Below are positions 1 through 11,143 of a stretch of 64,000 nt of DNA, one piece after another. The notes beneath the pieces are model-generated. The model saw nothing but the letters and a program-made list of their open reading frames with translations, was not told the origin of the DNA and searched no databases. The stretch's first letter is position 1. Every line of letters starts with the position of its first letter. This DNA comes from Ginglymostoma cirratum (Eukaryota): positions 66,652,324 to 66,716,323 of the forward strand of contig JAHRHZ010000012.1 in the NCBI GenBank assembly GCA_024137785.1, given 5' to 3'. The position numbers and the translations under genes are program-made.

Positions 1-24
1 GAGAGAGAGAGAGATAGAGAGATG

Positions 25-826
25 CTTAGATGAGGGGGAATGCAACAGACACCTGAAGGTGTTGAAGGACACCCTCATAAGAACAGGATACGATGCTCAA
101 CTCATTGATCGTCAGTTCCAACATGCCACTGCGAAAAACCATAATGATCTCCTCAGAAGACGGACACAGGATACAACTGATCGGGTACCCATCTGATCTT
201 CAGGTAAGCATCCTCCAAGGTGGGTTTTGAGATATTCAACAATGCAAGATCGCCGAGTAGAGATTGATAGCCAAGTTCCATACCCATGAGGACAGCTTCA
301 ACTGGAATCTTGGGTTCATGTCAGGCTACAGGTGACACCACCACACTATATACTCTCGCACACTTAAAAATCTATGGGATGATGTCTGTGTATTTGCAGA
401 TATATTCTATTCTGTTCAAAAGAATAAAACCAGCCTGACTCCACATTAAAACATAGACAAATTCTAAAAAGGGCCTCACACCTAAAATGCATTGTCTGAC
501 CTGAGATGTCACCTCTTGAATACATTTCATAAAACCTTTAATTATCTTGGGGCAATGACTTGAAATTCTGGGATTTGCATTTTAATCAATAGAAACCTGT
601 GTCGCCTTTCAAACTGATTAAAGATTCAACAGGAGGCAGTCAGCGAGCTATTTTTAGGGTTGTTACCTTTCTACTTACAAATTCTGTGTCGGTATACCTC
701 CTCTTCCACACTACACCTGAGGATGGAGCAGAACTCTGAAAGCTAGTGTTTTCAAATAAACCCGTTGGACTATAGCAGGGTGTCGCGTGATTTTTGACCT
801 GGTCCACCCCAGCATCTCCACATCAT
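25..826 (+). mobile_element. Penelope-like element 3' fragment (family B), internally deleted, with 3' pseudo-LTR
   Basis: Translates as HLKVLKDTLIRTGYDAQLIDRQFQHATAKNHNDLLRR..DRVP (PLE thumb-like), then SILQGG..IAE*RLIAKFHTHEDSFN (end of GIY-YIG domain). The tail CTGAGGATGGAGCAGAACTCTGAAAGCTAG..AAATAAACCCGTTGGACTATA is shared with the copies at 36020 and 62560. Confidence 0.7.
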
Positions 827-1199
827 GGTCAGAGTAAGGGAGAACTTATCTTAGTGAGACAGAGAGATGGTGGGCAACTGGGAATTTGAGGTACAGGGGC
901 ACAAAGGCACTTGAATTAAGAAATAAAAACACTCCAGAATGAGAGATGAGGTGAGAGATGAAATAAAATGTGGATCATAAGGCTTACCTACAATTAGACC
1001 ACTAATGTCACATGTGCAAGGAAAGCAGCTGATTGGTGAGTAAGTTTAGTCAGTATTTCTAACCTTTAAAGCGCAAGTTAGGCGTTTAGTTTGTGTTTAA
1101 GTCTCTAGACCTTTGTTTTCTCTTTTTCTCTGCTGGGCTTCATATTAAGTTCATTATTATTTAAGGGGCACCAAATAGTTTTTAAGAGTTAGGGGACAG

Positions 1200-1960
1200 C
1201 ACACCAGAAGGGCCAAGAGAGATATACATCTGCAAGGCAAAGGACGCAAGTAGTACATTTCGGGATGTGGTCATACCACAGATCAAAAGCACACTGGGAG
1301 AGAGGGAATGAGTGTCTAGTCCAGCAATCTAAGAAAACCAGGCATATAATGCAGGAATCCCCCAGAGTCTGTTGTGCTTGCTAATGGTATTCCATTTTGG
1401 AGACCGGTGAGGGTGATGGCTTCTCAGGGGAGCGCAGCCACAGCCAAGCCCATGGCATGACAGACAACTCAGATGTGTAAGGAAGGAGGAAGAAGAATGG
1501 AAGAGTAACAGTTACAAGGGATTCCATAGTCAGGGGAACAGAGAGGTAATTCTGTGGCATGAAACCTGATTTGAGGATGGTGTGTTACATCATGGAGTGA
1601 TTGCAGAACATGCTCCTGGGGGAAGGGAAACAGCCAGAAATCACAGCCCACGTTTTACCAACGGCAAAGGTAAGAAGAGGAATGAGGTCCTGAAGGCAGA
1701 TTTCCGGAAGTTGGGAACAAGTTAGAAAGCACAACGTCAAGAGCAATAACCTTCAGTTTTCTTTCAGTGTAGTGTGCTAGTGAGCATGACAGCATGAGGA
1801 TTAATCAATTCAAAATATGACAGAAAACTGGTAACTGGCATAGGAGGGAGAGTATCAAATTTCTGTGGAATTGAGATCATTTTAGGTGACTGTAAAAGCT
1901 GGATGGGTTATATCTTAACATGATTGCAACTGACCACCTTGCAGAGAGACTAGATAGTTC
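1200..1960 (+). mobile_element. Degenerate CR1-type LINE ORF1 (esterase-like) fragment
   Basis: Degenerate motifs GGGATTCCATAGTCAGGGGAACAGA (GDSIVRGT-like) and GAGGTCCTGAAGGCAGATTTC are typical of CR1 ORF1. The region has many stops and frameshifts. Confidence 0.5.
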
Positions 1961-1974
1961 TATTAAACAAGCTT

Positions 1975-2496
1975 AACCATAAGAAATAGGAACAGGAGTA
2001 GGCCATTTGGCCCCATGAGCTTGCTCCACCTTGGCTGATCCCACATTCATCATATTCACTTTCCTGTCCTTGATTTCCCTACTGATCAAGATTCTGTATT
2101 TGTCCACCTTAAATATACACAAGGACTCTGTCCCCACAGCTCTCTGTAGCAAGGAGGTCCAAAGACTCTCAATCCTCTGAGAGAAGAACTTCCTCCTCAC
2201 CTCAGTCTTAAATTGGAGCCACTTCAGTCTGAGACTATGCCCTCTGGTCCTAGCCTCTCCCATGAAGGGAAACATCCTCTCAGCATTCACCTCGTCCAGC
2301 CCCTTAAGAATCTGATATGTTTCAATGGGATCAACTCTCATTCTTTTGAACTTCAGTGAGTCGAGTCCCAACCTGTTTAGCCTTTGCTCGTAACACAATC
2401 TTTCCATACCAGGGATCATCGTCATGAACCTTCTCTGAACTGTCTCCAATGAAACGATATCTCTCCTTAAATATGGAGACCAAAACTGCTCACGGT
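1975..2496 (-). mobile_element. CR1/HER1-type LINE 3' end (ORF2 C-terminus)
   Basis: ORF 1973-2449 reads VQRRFMTMIPGMERLCYEQRLNRLGL..RTRGHSLRL..FFSQRIESLW, the canonical CR1 ORF2 tail. Confidence 0.85.
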
Positions 2497-2589
2497 CGAG
2501 GCTGAGATGAGATCAGCCATGATTGTATTAAATAATGGATCAGGCTTGGGGATGAATTGACTTCTCCTGCTCCTAGCTCGTATGTCCTC

Positions 2590-2760
2590 AGTTGATGGAA
2601 ATTAGTGTTAGTAAGAAGAGTGTACTGGAGACGTTAATGGGCTTGAAAATTAATAAATCCCTAGGACCTGATAGTCTACATCCCACAGTGTTAAAGGAAG
2701 TGGCTAGAGAGATAATTGATACGTTGGTGATTATTTTCATAGATTCTGTGGAGTCTGGAC
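2590..2760 (+). mobile_element. CR1 LINE ORF2 fragment
   Basis: LMGLKINKSLGPDSLHPTVLKEVAREI matches the KSPGPDxLHPRVLKE motif upstream of the CR1 RT domain. Confidence 0.75.
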
Positions 2761-2849
2761 GTTCAGGGCTCGAATGGGAATTAAAGAGTGTGTGTTGTGG
2801 AAGTTGTGAAGTGCAAACTGTTAGGGTTGAACATTAGGGCATAGATTGA

Positions 2850-2939
2850 AAAAGGGTCCAGACCCAAAACGTCAGCTTTCCTGCTCCTCTGATGCTGCTT
2901 GGCCTGCTGTGTTCATCCAGCTCTACACCTTGTTATCTC
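2850..2939 (+). mobile_element. Short Penelope pLTR remnant (family A) with 14-bp TSD
   Basis: AAGGGTCCAGACCCAAAACGTCAGCTTTCCTGCTCCTCTGATGCTGC..TTGTTATCTC, flanked by AGGGCATAGA(T/C)TGA at 2836-2849 and 2940-2953. Confidence 0.75.
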
Positions 2940-3630
2940 AGGGCATAGACTGAGTTGCATTTAGAGTTTTGCAGGAATCTTTGATGCACGGCCTAGCGAG
3001 TTCTCTTGCTGTCTCTTATCAAAACTCACCCTCCTACCTACCTACCCTGCCCTCCTCATGTTGTCTCTCATGTCTGATTTCTGCCCTATCCAACCGTGAG
3101 CTGCTCCCACAACAAACTGCCACTCAATAGACACCTACCGACAGATCAGCGCCGCTTGTGCCCATGTCATATTTAAAATGGCCACTGTACAACTAGGCAA
3201 GTGTTGGCAATCCAACATTGCCCCTTGCCTGCAATGTCATGGCACAGCAGCCCTGGAGCCGCATGCTCATGACGCATAGCTGACATGTATTCATAACTCC
3301 ATTCTGTCACACTTGTCGCTGAATAACCATCAGGCTGCAAACTTCAGCTGTTGTTAACTATGTCCTGTCTGAACAGCCTCTAAGCCAGCACTACCCTGTC
3401 CCCAATGCCAACTGTCGACCTGTAGCTTGCCAGTGTCAACTAGGAGAACATCAGATATAGGCATGCCATCTGGCAAATACTAACAAAAGCCTTTATTTAC
3501 GGAAAGCAAGAGGGAACACAAACAAAATCAATAGAGGCTAAAACAAACCAGCTTTCAGCATCGTGACCGAAGATTATTGTTTTTTTTAAAAAAACAGTTC
3601 ATGATGGTCTGCTGCACTCAGCTGTCATCT

Positions 3631-3945
3631 GGCATGGTGGCTCAGTGGTTAGCACTGCAGCCTCACAGCGCCAGGGATCCGGGTTCGATTCCAGCCCCGG
3701 GTGACTGTCTGTGTGGAGTTTGCACGTTCTCCCTGTGTCTGCATGGGTTTCCTCTGGGTGCTCTGGTTTCCTCCCACAGTTCAAAGATGTGAAGGCTAGG
3801 TGGATTGGCCATGCTAAATTGCCTGTAGTGTTCAGGGGTGTGTGGATTATAGGGGGGATGGGTCCAGGTGGGATACTCCAAGGGTCGGTGTGGACTTGTT
3901 GGGCCGAAGGGCCTGTTTCCACACTGTAGGGATTCTAATTCTAAT
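3631..3945 (+). mobile_element. tRNA-derived V-SINE (HE1-like shark SINE)
   Basis: A-box TGGCTCAGTGG and B-box GGTTCGATTCC, then a V-domain core GTGTGGAGTTTGCACGTTCTCCC..GGTTTCCTCCCACAG and a CR1-like tail GGGCCGAAGGGCCTGTTTCCACACTGTAG. Confidence 0.9.
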
Positions 3946-4437
3946 CTATTCAGGCTAGAGGTTCTCTCTGGCTTGTAGTGCCCAATGCAGCAGAGCTCAT
4001 GGTTACCAACTGCTTCATTCTTCCTGATTTTCTGAAGACTGCTCCCGTTATGTCAGTTCCTTAACAGCCAGGACATCGCCTCATTGCCTGTCCCATTTGT
4101 AGAAAGCAGTGCACTAGGATGATTTGGGACACTCTGTTGGGAGTAGACTGCAGTGGGCCACCAGAGTGATCCGAGCAGTGGAACTATATCTTCAACAGCC
4201 CTACAGTTTGCTCTATGATGGCCTTGGCCGAGGTTAGGCTGTTAACAAGGCGTGTATAAAGTAAAAACCACTATCTATTGGCATCTCACTGCTACCTAAC
4301 GAGCATCTCATCACAGCTCTTGTGAAACACATAAAAGAAAGTTTTCCTCGACATTGAGATGGGCCTTACCACAACTGTCGTTCAGAGCTCACCTTAGCCC
4401 ACATCACTCAGACCCCTTACTTCTCTCCTAGAAATAC

Positions 4438-4463
4438 CTCAACGTGCTTTCAGGTGCTGCCAT
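4438..4463 (-). CDS. PRUNE2: Candidate alternative first coding exon of a short PRUNE2 (BNIP2/caytaxin-like) isoform: MAAPESTL-R
   Basis: Minus strand reads ttccacaATGGCAGCACCTGAAAGCACGTTGAG|gtattt. It has a strong Kozak context (A-3, G+4) and a GT donor in phase 2, like the upstream exons. The peptide resembles the caytaxin N-terminus MGTTEATLR. Confidence 0.6.
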
Positions 4464-5179
4464 TGTGGAATGTCTTGTGCTCACAGTCACATGAGTTTTG
4501 ATTATGGCTACAATCCACCCTCTCTTTGTCTCCTTCACAGGTGAATTATCGAATGCCCACAACCCCAGCAATGAAAGGATCTTCCGCAACCACTGAGGTG
4601 GAAAAGGAAGTATCAGCAAATGCTGTGGTACATCTATTCTCAGCACCAAACACCAGTGCAGATACTGTCCTTCAGTGTGAAAGGATGCACAATCATGCAG
4701 GCACGTGTGTAGCTTCCAAAAAGTAAGATGGAGCAGCTCTCTAGCCCCTGAAGAACTGGAAAGGATTTGGAGAAGGTGGATAGAAAGCACGGACCAGATT
4801 TCTGCACTAAACGAGAATTATTATTTATTTTCAGCAATAAACTATAGCTTCGGGTAAACAGATAGTATTATTACAGTGAATTGATTACTAACCAGAACTT
4901 TAATCTGATTTTTAACAACCCCGTTGCCGTTACATTACACAGAGACAAGCAAGTCAGAAAAATAAATTATTAGCAGAGGTAGAAAAAAAGTCAGATCAGA
5001 GGTCTTTGCTTTCCATTTCCTATGTTGAAATGATTCTTTGAGACTCTGGCTGACTTTGGTGTTCAGTTGTCTTTCTCTGGAAACTTCTAGTGGCTTGCAA
5101 GAAGTACAGAGAGGCTGAATCACTTGGAAAATGTCTCTAATTTATCGATTCAAATGTCACTGTTCACTGCTACTGCTGC

Positions 5180-5460
5180 AGGAATCTTTTTTACCGCAGA
5201 AAACAGGCAAATTCTGCTGAGGAGAACAATAGCACTATTACACGTCATTCTGAGTCTCTCTCTCTATCTATCTATCTCTCCTGCCACCCCTCCTCCTTTC
5301 TGTGTTTGTGTATCTGTCACTTGTTTTCAGTTTCAACCTGCTCAGTTAACTATGAGCCAATTAGCTTCGCTTGTAAACAACTCCCCAGCTCACAAAAGAG
5401 ATTTCACACCAGGTAGTGAATTTCTTGCTATGAAATTATGCAACCATCTTGGTAAATCTG
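5180..5460 (-). promoter_or_regulatory. Putative internal promoter for the short isoform
   Basis: Repeat-free block upstream (minus sense) of the candidate first exon. It contains a CRE half-site CGTCA (5243), a (TC)n/(TATC)n tract, CCACCCCTCC, CCAAT (5357) and a FOX site GTAAACAA (5373). Confidence 0.35.
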
Positions 5461-5801
5461 TTATTTGAAGACATTCTGTCTCCTTGCAATCCAGTATTTT
5501 AAAGACACAAATAAAAAGACATGGTTCTTACATGCTGAAGCCTTTGATGGTAACATGTATGAGGTCAATCATACCCCAAGGCCTTGGGAAGCACACCATC
5601 AGCCACAATTTGTCCTTCCATGTGACTGTTGCTATCCACGTGACCCAACCTGCCTGAGCATTGCAGTGGTAGCTGACAGTTTTACTCCACTTAGGTCACT
5701 ACATCAACAGCCTGAAGGGGTCCACATGCAAAGAAATTCGTGGCAACAGTTACCTTCGGACCACTCTCAACATACTGTCACCCCAACATAGTTCGAACTA
5801 G

Positions 5802-6163
5802 TCCACATTTGACCTTGGCCTTGGAAGCCTACAGCCCAATGGCCTAAATGCAGACTGTACCAGTTTCAAAATCTCCCCACCCCCGGCTTCATCCCATGAC
5901 CAACCGTCCCTCTCATCCCCCACTTCCTTGACTTGACACAACCTGTTCATCTTCTCTACGACCAATCTGCCCCTCCCACCTCACTGACCAATCCCCACCA
6001 CTGCCTACTTGCATTCACCTATCACCATCCCACCACCTCTCTCTATTTGAGTTCCCTTTGCCCTCCCCATTTCTGAAGAAGGATCCTGACCCGAAACATC
6101 AACTTTTCTGCTCCTGATGCTGCCTGGCCTGCTGTGCTCCTCCAGCTCCACACTATGTTATCT
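5802..6163 (+). mobile_element. Penelope-like element 3' end/pLTR (family A) with 14-bp TSD
   Basis: LGSLQPNGLN-encoding tail followed by a pyrimidine-rich pLTR and CTGAAGAAGGATCCTGACCCGAAACATC. Flanked by ATAGTT(C/G)GAACTAG at 5788-5801 and 6164-6177. Confidence 0.8.
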
Positions 6164-6852
6164 ATAGTTGGAACTAGCATGTCACAGAAAGGTGTAACTG
6201 TAGATCTTGAGAATGACAGTCTGGTCTGGCACTCTGTCTCTAACAGTAAGTATGTCATTTTGACCCTGTACCTAAGTTTGCATGCATAAGACCCCCTGGC
6301 ATGCCCTTAGGGCTGTAGCAACTGACCTTCAAAACTTTCTTCATTTTGTGAAGGTCATGCAATATCTATCAACCCAGATGTCTGCCCTTGAATATATAGA
6401 CATCATCTTCTTTTTCTTTTGTATACCTGGAGTTTGTTGGTTTTGTGGAAAAGATGTGAACCTCCAAACTGGAATGAGCTTCATCTTCCATTTTTGGAAT
6501 ACATTCTTGAGGTGGCATTGCGTAACCTTTGAATTTCTGAGTTTAAACTGCTGACGCAGTTTACATTACCATTCATGGTGCCATAAAGAAATTACAAAAT
6601 ACAATATACCTCTGCTCAAGTCCACTGACATCATATTTTCCAGTCATCCTTTTGCTACAATCACCAGAGCTGCATTCAAAGTATATTCAGTGGTTCTGAA
6701 GCACTGAATTCAAGAATTAAAAATAAACTTGAAATACTCAAGATTAGTGCACATGTGCCATCCTTCACAACATTAGCACAATTACTATGGCAATTCAGAA
6801 TAAACTATTTTGACAGAAGTATAAATGAAAGATTGTGATTACTAAAACTGAC

Positions 6853-6969
6853 CTCGTATACTCTTCATACAGCTCGGTTCCCTTTACTTCTGTAAGGGGT
6901 TCCTGGAGAGAATCTTGCGCCATTGCCTTGCAGTTTTGAGGTGCATGCTCCTGTACTGAGTTTAAGGAA
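6853..6969 (-). CDS. PRUNE2: PRUNE2 internal exon (117 bp, phase 2-2)
   Basis: Polypyrimidine acceptor ttttctttcccctcttactttgtttttacag| and donor AG|gtcagt. It is open in the frame continuing from the giant exon: SSLNSVQEHAPQNCKAMAQDSLQEPLTEVKGTELYEEYT. Confidence 0.75.
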
Positions 6970-7605
6970 CTGTAAAAACAAAGTAAGAGGGGAAAGAAAA
7001 ACAGTAATTTAGAAAGAAGTTCATTAAAGTGTAGAGTGTTGCCTGTAAATTAATTTTTCAAGGGAAAAGGATGAAAGTGAAAGCAAGAAGTTTAATTATT
7101 GGTCCAATTGATAACTTGATATAGCGGGCCTAAAGGAAATGTAATTAAGGTATCTTCAATCATGGGAAAATCTTTCATACTGTTTTATGTATCTGGGGAA
7201 GTATATCACACTGAATAATTTCCTTATGCTGTCTTGATACATCACTATAATATAACTTACATGTATATAAGGACATTACACGTTGGAAAAGAACAGAAGT
7301 TGCTTCCTAACAGTGTTGTAAGATAAAAGTTGATACAGTACCAAACAAATTGGTAATGAGACTGCTAATTAAAAGCTTGATCCAAGTAGTATTTTTTAAA
7401 AGGGGAGTATCGAATGATATTAAAATACAGAAAAGTGTTAAAACATCTAAAGATGTGTTTTATCTAAAATTGTTCGAGAATTTCTTGCTCAGATTAGAAT
7501 TAATGGAAATGTAATTTTACAAATATTCTACAAACCAATGTCTACACTCATCCATACACTGCATATTTTAAAAATTATGGATAGCACATCATTGAATTAT
7601 AGAAT

Positions 7606-8780
7606 GAGATAGTAACAACTGCAGATACTGGACTCGGAGATAACACAGTGTGGAGCTGGGGGATCACAGCAGGCCTGGCCGCATCAGAGGAGCAGGAAAG
7701 TTTACATTTCCTGTCGGGACCCTTCTTCAGAAATGGGGGAGAGCAAAGGGAGCTGGGAAATAAATAGAGAGGAGGGGTGGGGCTGGGGAAGTAGGTGGGA
7801 TGGTGATAGGTGATGCAGGTAGAGAGTGGTGGGATTGGTCAGTGAGGTGGGAGGAGCAGACAGGTGGGAGAGAAGATGGACAGGTTGTGTCAGGTCAAGG
7901 ATGTGGGCTTGAGATGGAGGGTTGGTCATGGGATGAGGCCGGGGTTGGGGAGATTTTGAAACTGGTAAAATCCACATTTAGGCCATTGGGCTGTCGGCTC
8001 CCAAGGCGGAATATGAGGTGCTGCTCGTCCAGTTTCCGGGTGGTGTCATTGTGACACTGGAGGAGGACCAGGATGGACATGTCACCCAGGGAGAAGGAGG
8101 GGGAGTTCAAAGAGTTAATGCAGAAAGACAAAACAAACCTTCCACATCAGACAGATGTTCAACTCCACATCCGTTGACATGGTCGACTACATCCACTGTT
8201 CCTGATGTGGCCTCCTCGACATCGGTGAGACCAAGCAGAGGCTCAAAGACCATTGTGTACAGCATCTGTGCTCTGTTCGCGACAAACGACAACACCTTCC
8301 GGTTGCAAACCCATTTTAACACCCCCTCCCACTCCCTGGGTGACATGTCTAGCCTGGGCCTCCTCACAATGACACCACCCACAAACTGGAGGAGTAGCAC
8401 CTCATAATGTCTCGGAAGCCTACAGCCCAATGGCCTAAACATGGATTTTACCAGATGCAAAATCTCCCCACACCTTGGCCTCAACCCTCCATCTCATTCC
8501 CGCCTCCTTGACCTGACACAACCCACCCATCTTCCCGCTCACCTATCTGCCACTCCTACCTCACTGACCAATCCCCACCACAGCCTACCTGCACTGATCC
8601 ATCACCATCCCACCTACCTTTCCCAGCCCCAAGCCTCCTCTCTCTCTTTACTTCCGAGTTCCCTTCCCCATCCCCCATCCCCCATTTCTGAAGAAGGGTC
8701 CTGGCCCAAAGCATCAACTTTCCTGCTCCGCTGATGCTGCCTGGCCTGCTGTGTTCCTGCAGTTTTACACTGTGTTATCA
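7606..8780. mobile_element. Foldback Penelope-like insertion (inverted 3' ends)
   Basis: 7606-~8105 is a minus-strand pLTR plus GIY-YIG tail (EQHLIFRLGSRQPNGLNVDF). ~8110-8780 is a plus-strand GIY-YIG fragment plus pLTR. TGAATTATA is repeated at 7593-7601 and 8782-8790. Confidence 0.8.
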
Positions 8781-9283
8781 CTGAATTATACCATTGTTAT
8801 TTAATATAATTTATATTTCATTTCACAATAACAAGTCCTTTGATTGTAAAACAAAATAAAACAAAACAGACATAAATAAACATCAAGATTAATTGAAACA
8901 ACTTGTCATTCCTAACATCCTGTTGCGTATGGCATATCAAGTGTTAGAACTACATGCAGGTGAAAAACACATTTATCAATGTTCATACTATGTACTTAAT
9001 TTACTTTTTATTCTTGAATATTTGCAAAGTTGATTGTTTAAAAATATTTATGTTGTCCATCAATAAAGGAAATTCCTGTACAAAGGAGCTCTCAGATGAT
9101 TGATTTTACTGTGATAGCATCTTCTTTCAAGTTTTCATATCGAAAGCTGAACCATGTCAAAACACAGTTTTGTATAACTAACGGCAGACTGAAAAGGTCC
9201 TCCGACGTAGAGGTAGTCTCCCTAACTTTTGGCGCAAGTTCCACTTCAGAACTAAGGCCATGAAAAATACATTCGAGAATTAG

Positions 9284-9338
9284 GCAAATCAGGCTGATTA
9301 TCAACCGGCAAATCAGGCTGATTATCAACCTGCAAATC
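9284..9338. repeat. 24-bp tandem duplication (2.3 copies)
   Basis: GCAAATCAGGCTGATTATCAACC(G/T) occurs twice, followed by GCAAATC. Confidence 0.9.
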
Positions 9339-10069
9339 TTTTCAATATGCCTAATGTACATGCTAAGAGTAGGAGAGTTTCTTGACTAGCTCCCCACCAT
9401 TAATCTACAATAGAACTGAATACAGGTACACAATCTGTACAGTAGCAAATGTGTTTAATGAGTTTGCTTTAGCTTGACCTATATTGCAGCACTCAAAATG
9501 CAGAATTCACTTGGATAATCTATTCATAACAATATATACTTACATTCTACTGAAGACATCAATAGGAGACAGGTTACCTAGCTGGAGACTGCTCAAAGAA
9601 TATCGGCCACATAAAGAAACTTTACCCGTTAATTTTATGCAACTTCCTGACCAGCTTGGAATTGCTGCAACTTAATGTTCATTTCCTGCTTTCTGATACT
9701 ACTTTTACTAAAAATATGTGAACTTGTTTTAACATTGTAATGATTACAAAACGGTTGTAACACTATACAACTTAGCCTTTCTATTTCAATCTCTGATAAG
9801 AGACCAGACATTTTTGACATTAACAAGCTTCTACAATCATGTACTTGTTATTTAAAAGATACAGCAAGGGTAAAGATAGTACTTCCAATATTAAACTCTA
9901 TAATTCGCATCGGGAGAACAGGAAGTCTAATAGCATTCATCTTTGTACATGCCTGTGTGCATTTTCATGCTGGTCAAACGTTCCACTCTTCTTCCAACCC
10001 TGCGCGTGCACACACACAGATTTTGGTTTCTAAAGGCTGTTCATGAGCAGGAACCATGCCAAAGGTCAT

Positions 10070-10394
10070 AGATCATAGAATCCCTACAGTGTGGAAACAG
10101 GCCCTTCAGCCCAACAAGTCCACACCGACCCTTGGAACATCCCACCCAGACCCATCCCCCCATAACGCACCTAATCTACACATCCCTGAACACTACAGGC
10201 AATTTAGCATGGCCAATCCACCTAACCTGCACATCTTTGGATTGTGGGAGGAAACCGAGCACCCGGAGGAAACCCACGCAGACATGGGGAGAATGTACAA
10301 ATTTCACACAGGCAATCGCCCAAGGGTGGAATTGAACCCGGGTCCCTGACGCTGTGAGGCTGCAGGGCTAGCCACTGAGCCACCATGCCGCCCC
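10070..10394 (-). mobile_element. HE1-like V-SINE
   Basis: Reverse complement of the 3631 SINE, ending in CCACTGAGCCACCATGCCGCCC. Confidence 0.9.
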
Positions 10395-10439
10395 AAATTA
10401 CAATTGGGTATTAGGTATTACAATTACAATTATCTGCTG

Positions 10440-10720
10440 ACAAGGACCCTCATTGCACTGTTGATCAGCTCACTTAAAATACATCTTTGATGTCTGGAAT
10501 GTTTGACTGATACCCTGCAATACCCACCTGTCACAGTTTCTAACAATATCATGATGGCTACATAACATGTCCAGAAAGTAACTCTTCAGAAAGTAGGGAC
10601 AAAAGATGGTGGACTGTCCTCAGAGCAAGAGGATGAGCAGGACATGGGAACAGATGAAACGTAGGATGAAGAAGGAAAGCCTTCTACTATGCGAGAATGG
10701 CTGGGTGGCCATAGTGTTAG
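10440..10720 (+). mobile_element. Harbinger/PIF transposase C-terminal relic
   Basis: From 10464 the frame reads ISSLKIHL*CLECLTDTLQYPPVTVSNNIMM/LHNMS, then an acidic tail (EQEDEQD..DEE). This resembles the HARBI1-family motif IGxLKxRFRCL..LQYxP..LHN. Confidence 0.5.
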
Positions 10721-11143
10721 CCAGAGCAATGGTGTCACAATAAGGTTTGTCAAGAAACCATTACTGCAAGGCACCATTTGATTCAGCAAAGGTTTGAATA
10801 TGCCCACACATATCGGAATTCTTTCAATGGAAACTATTCCACAAAGAATACAACTTCAACACTTCAACTTTTAACTGCTGGCTCTACTCACTCTCAATCA
10901 CCAACTCTGGCTACCAAACTGTGGTCCCCAAATATGTTGAGTACTTCTTAATTTTCCAAAATTAATTTTGAATTATATCAGTTTCATTTACAAAGCACTG
11001 GACAGTTGTAATTTTAGTTAATGAAAAGAGAAAAGCACTAATGTTTCAAAAGTACTAACGTTCAGCTATTATATATACATATAGGATTTGTACGGATATA
11101 TTTACAAAAAAATTAAAAGCAACTTTAAAAAGGCATAAATTAC

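Noticed and set aside
1-22. (GA)n run at the window start
   Set aside because: Simple microsatellite truncated by the window edge.
3631-3700. tRNA-like A/B boxes
   Set aside because: They continue into a V-SINE core and LINE tail, so this is a SINE head, not a tRNA gene.
4428-4790. 120-aa minus-strand ORF as a full coding exon
   Set aside because: It has a non-ATG start and no recognisable homology. Only the last codons (MAAPESTL-R) have Kozak and donor support.
9284-9338. Palindromic direct repeats resembling a CRISPR array
   Set aside because: There are no spacers, only two units, and the context is eukaryotic.
10586-10807. 73-aa Ser-rich ORF as an extra PRUNE2 exon
   Set aside because: No convincing splice sites. 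It is better explained as the antisense of a Harbinger relic.
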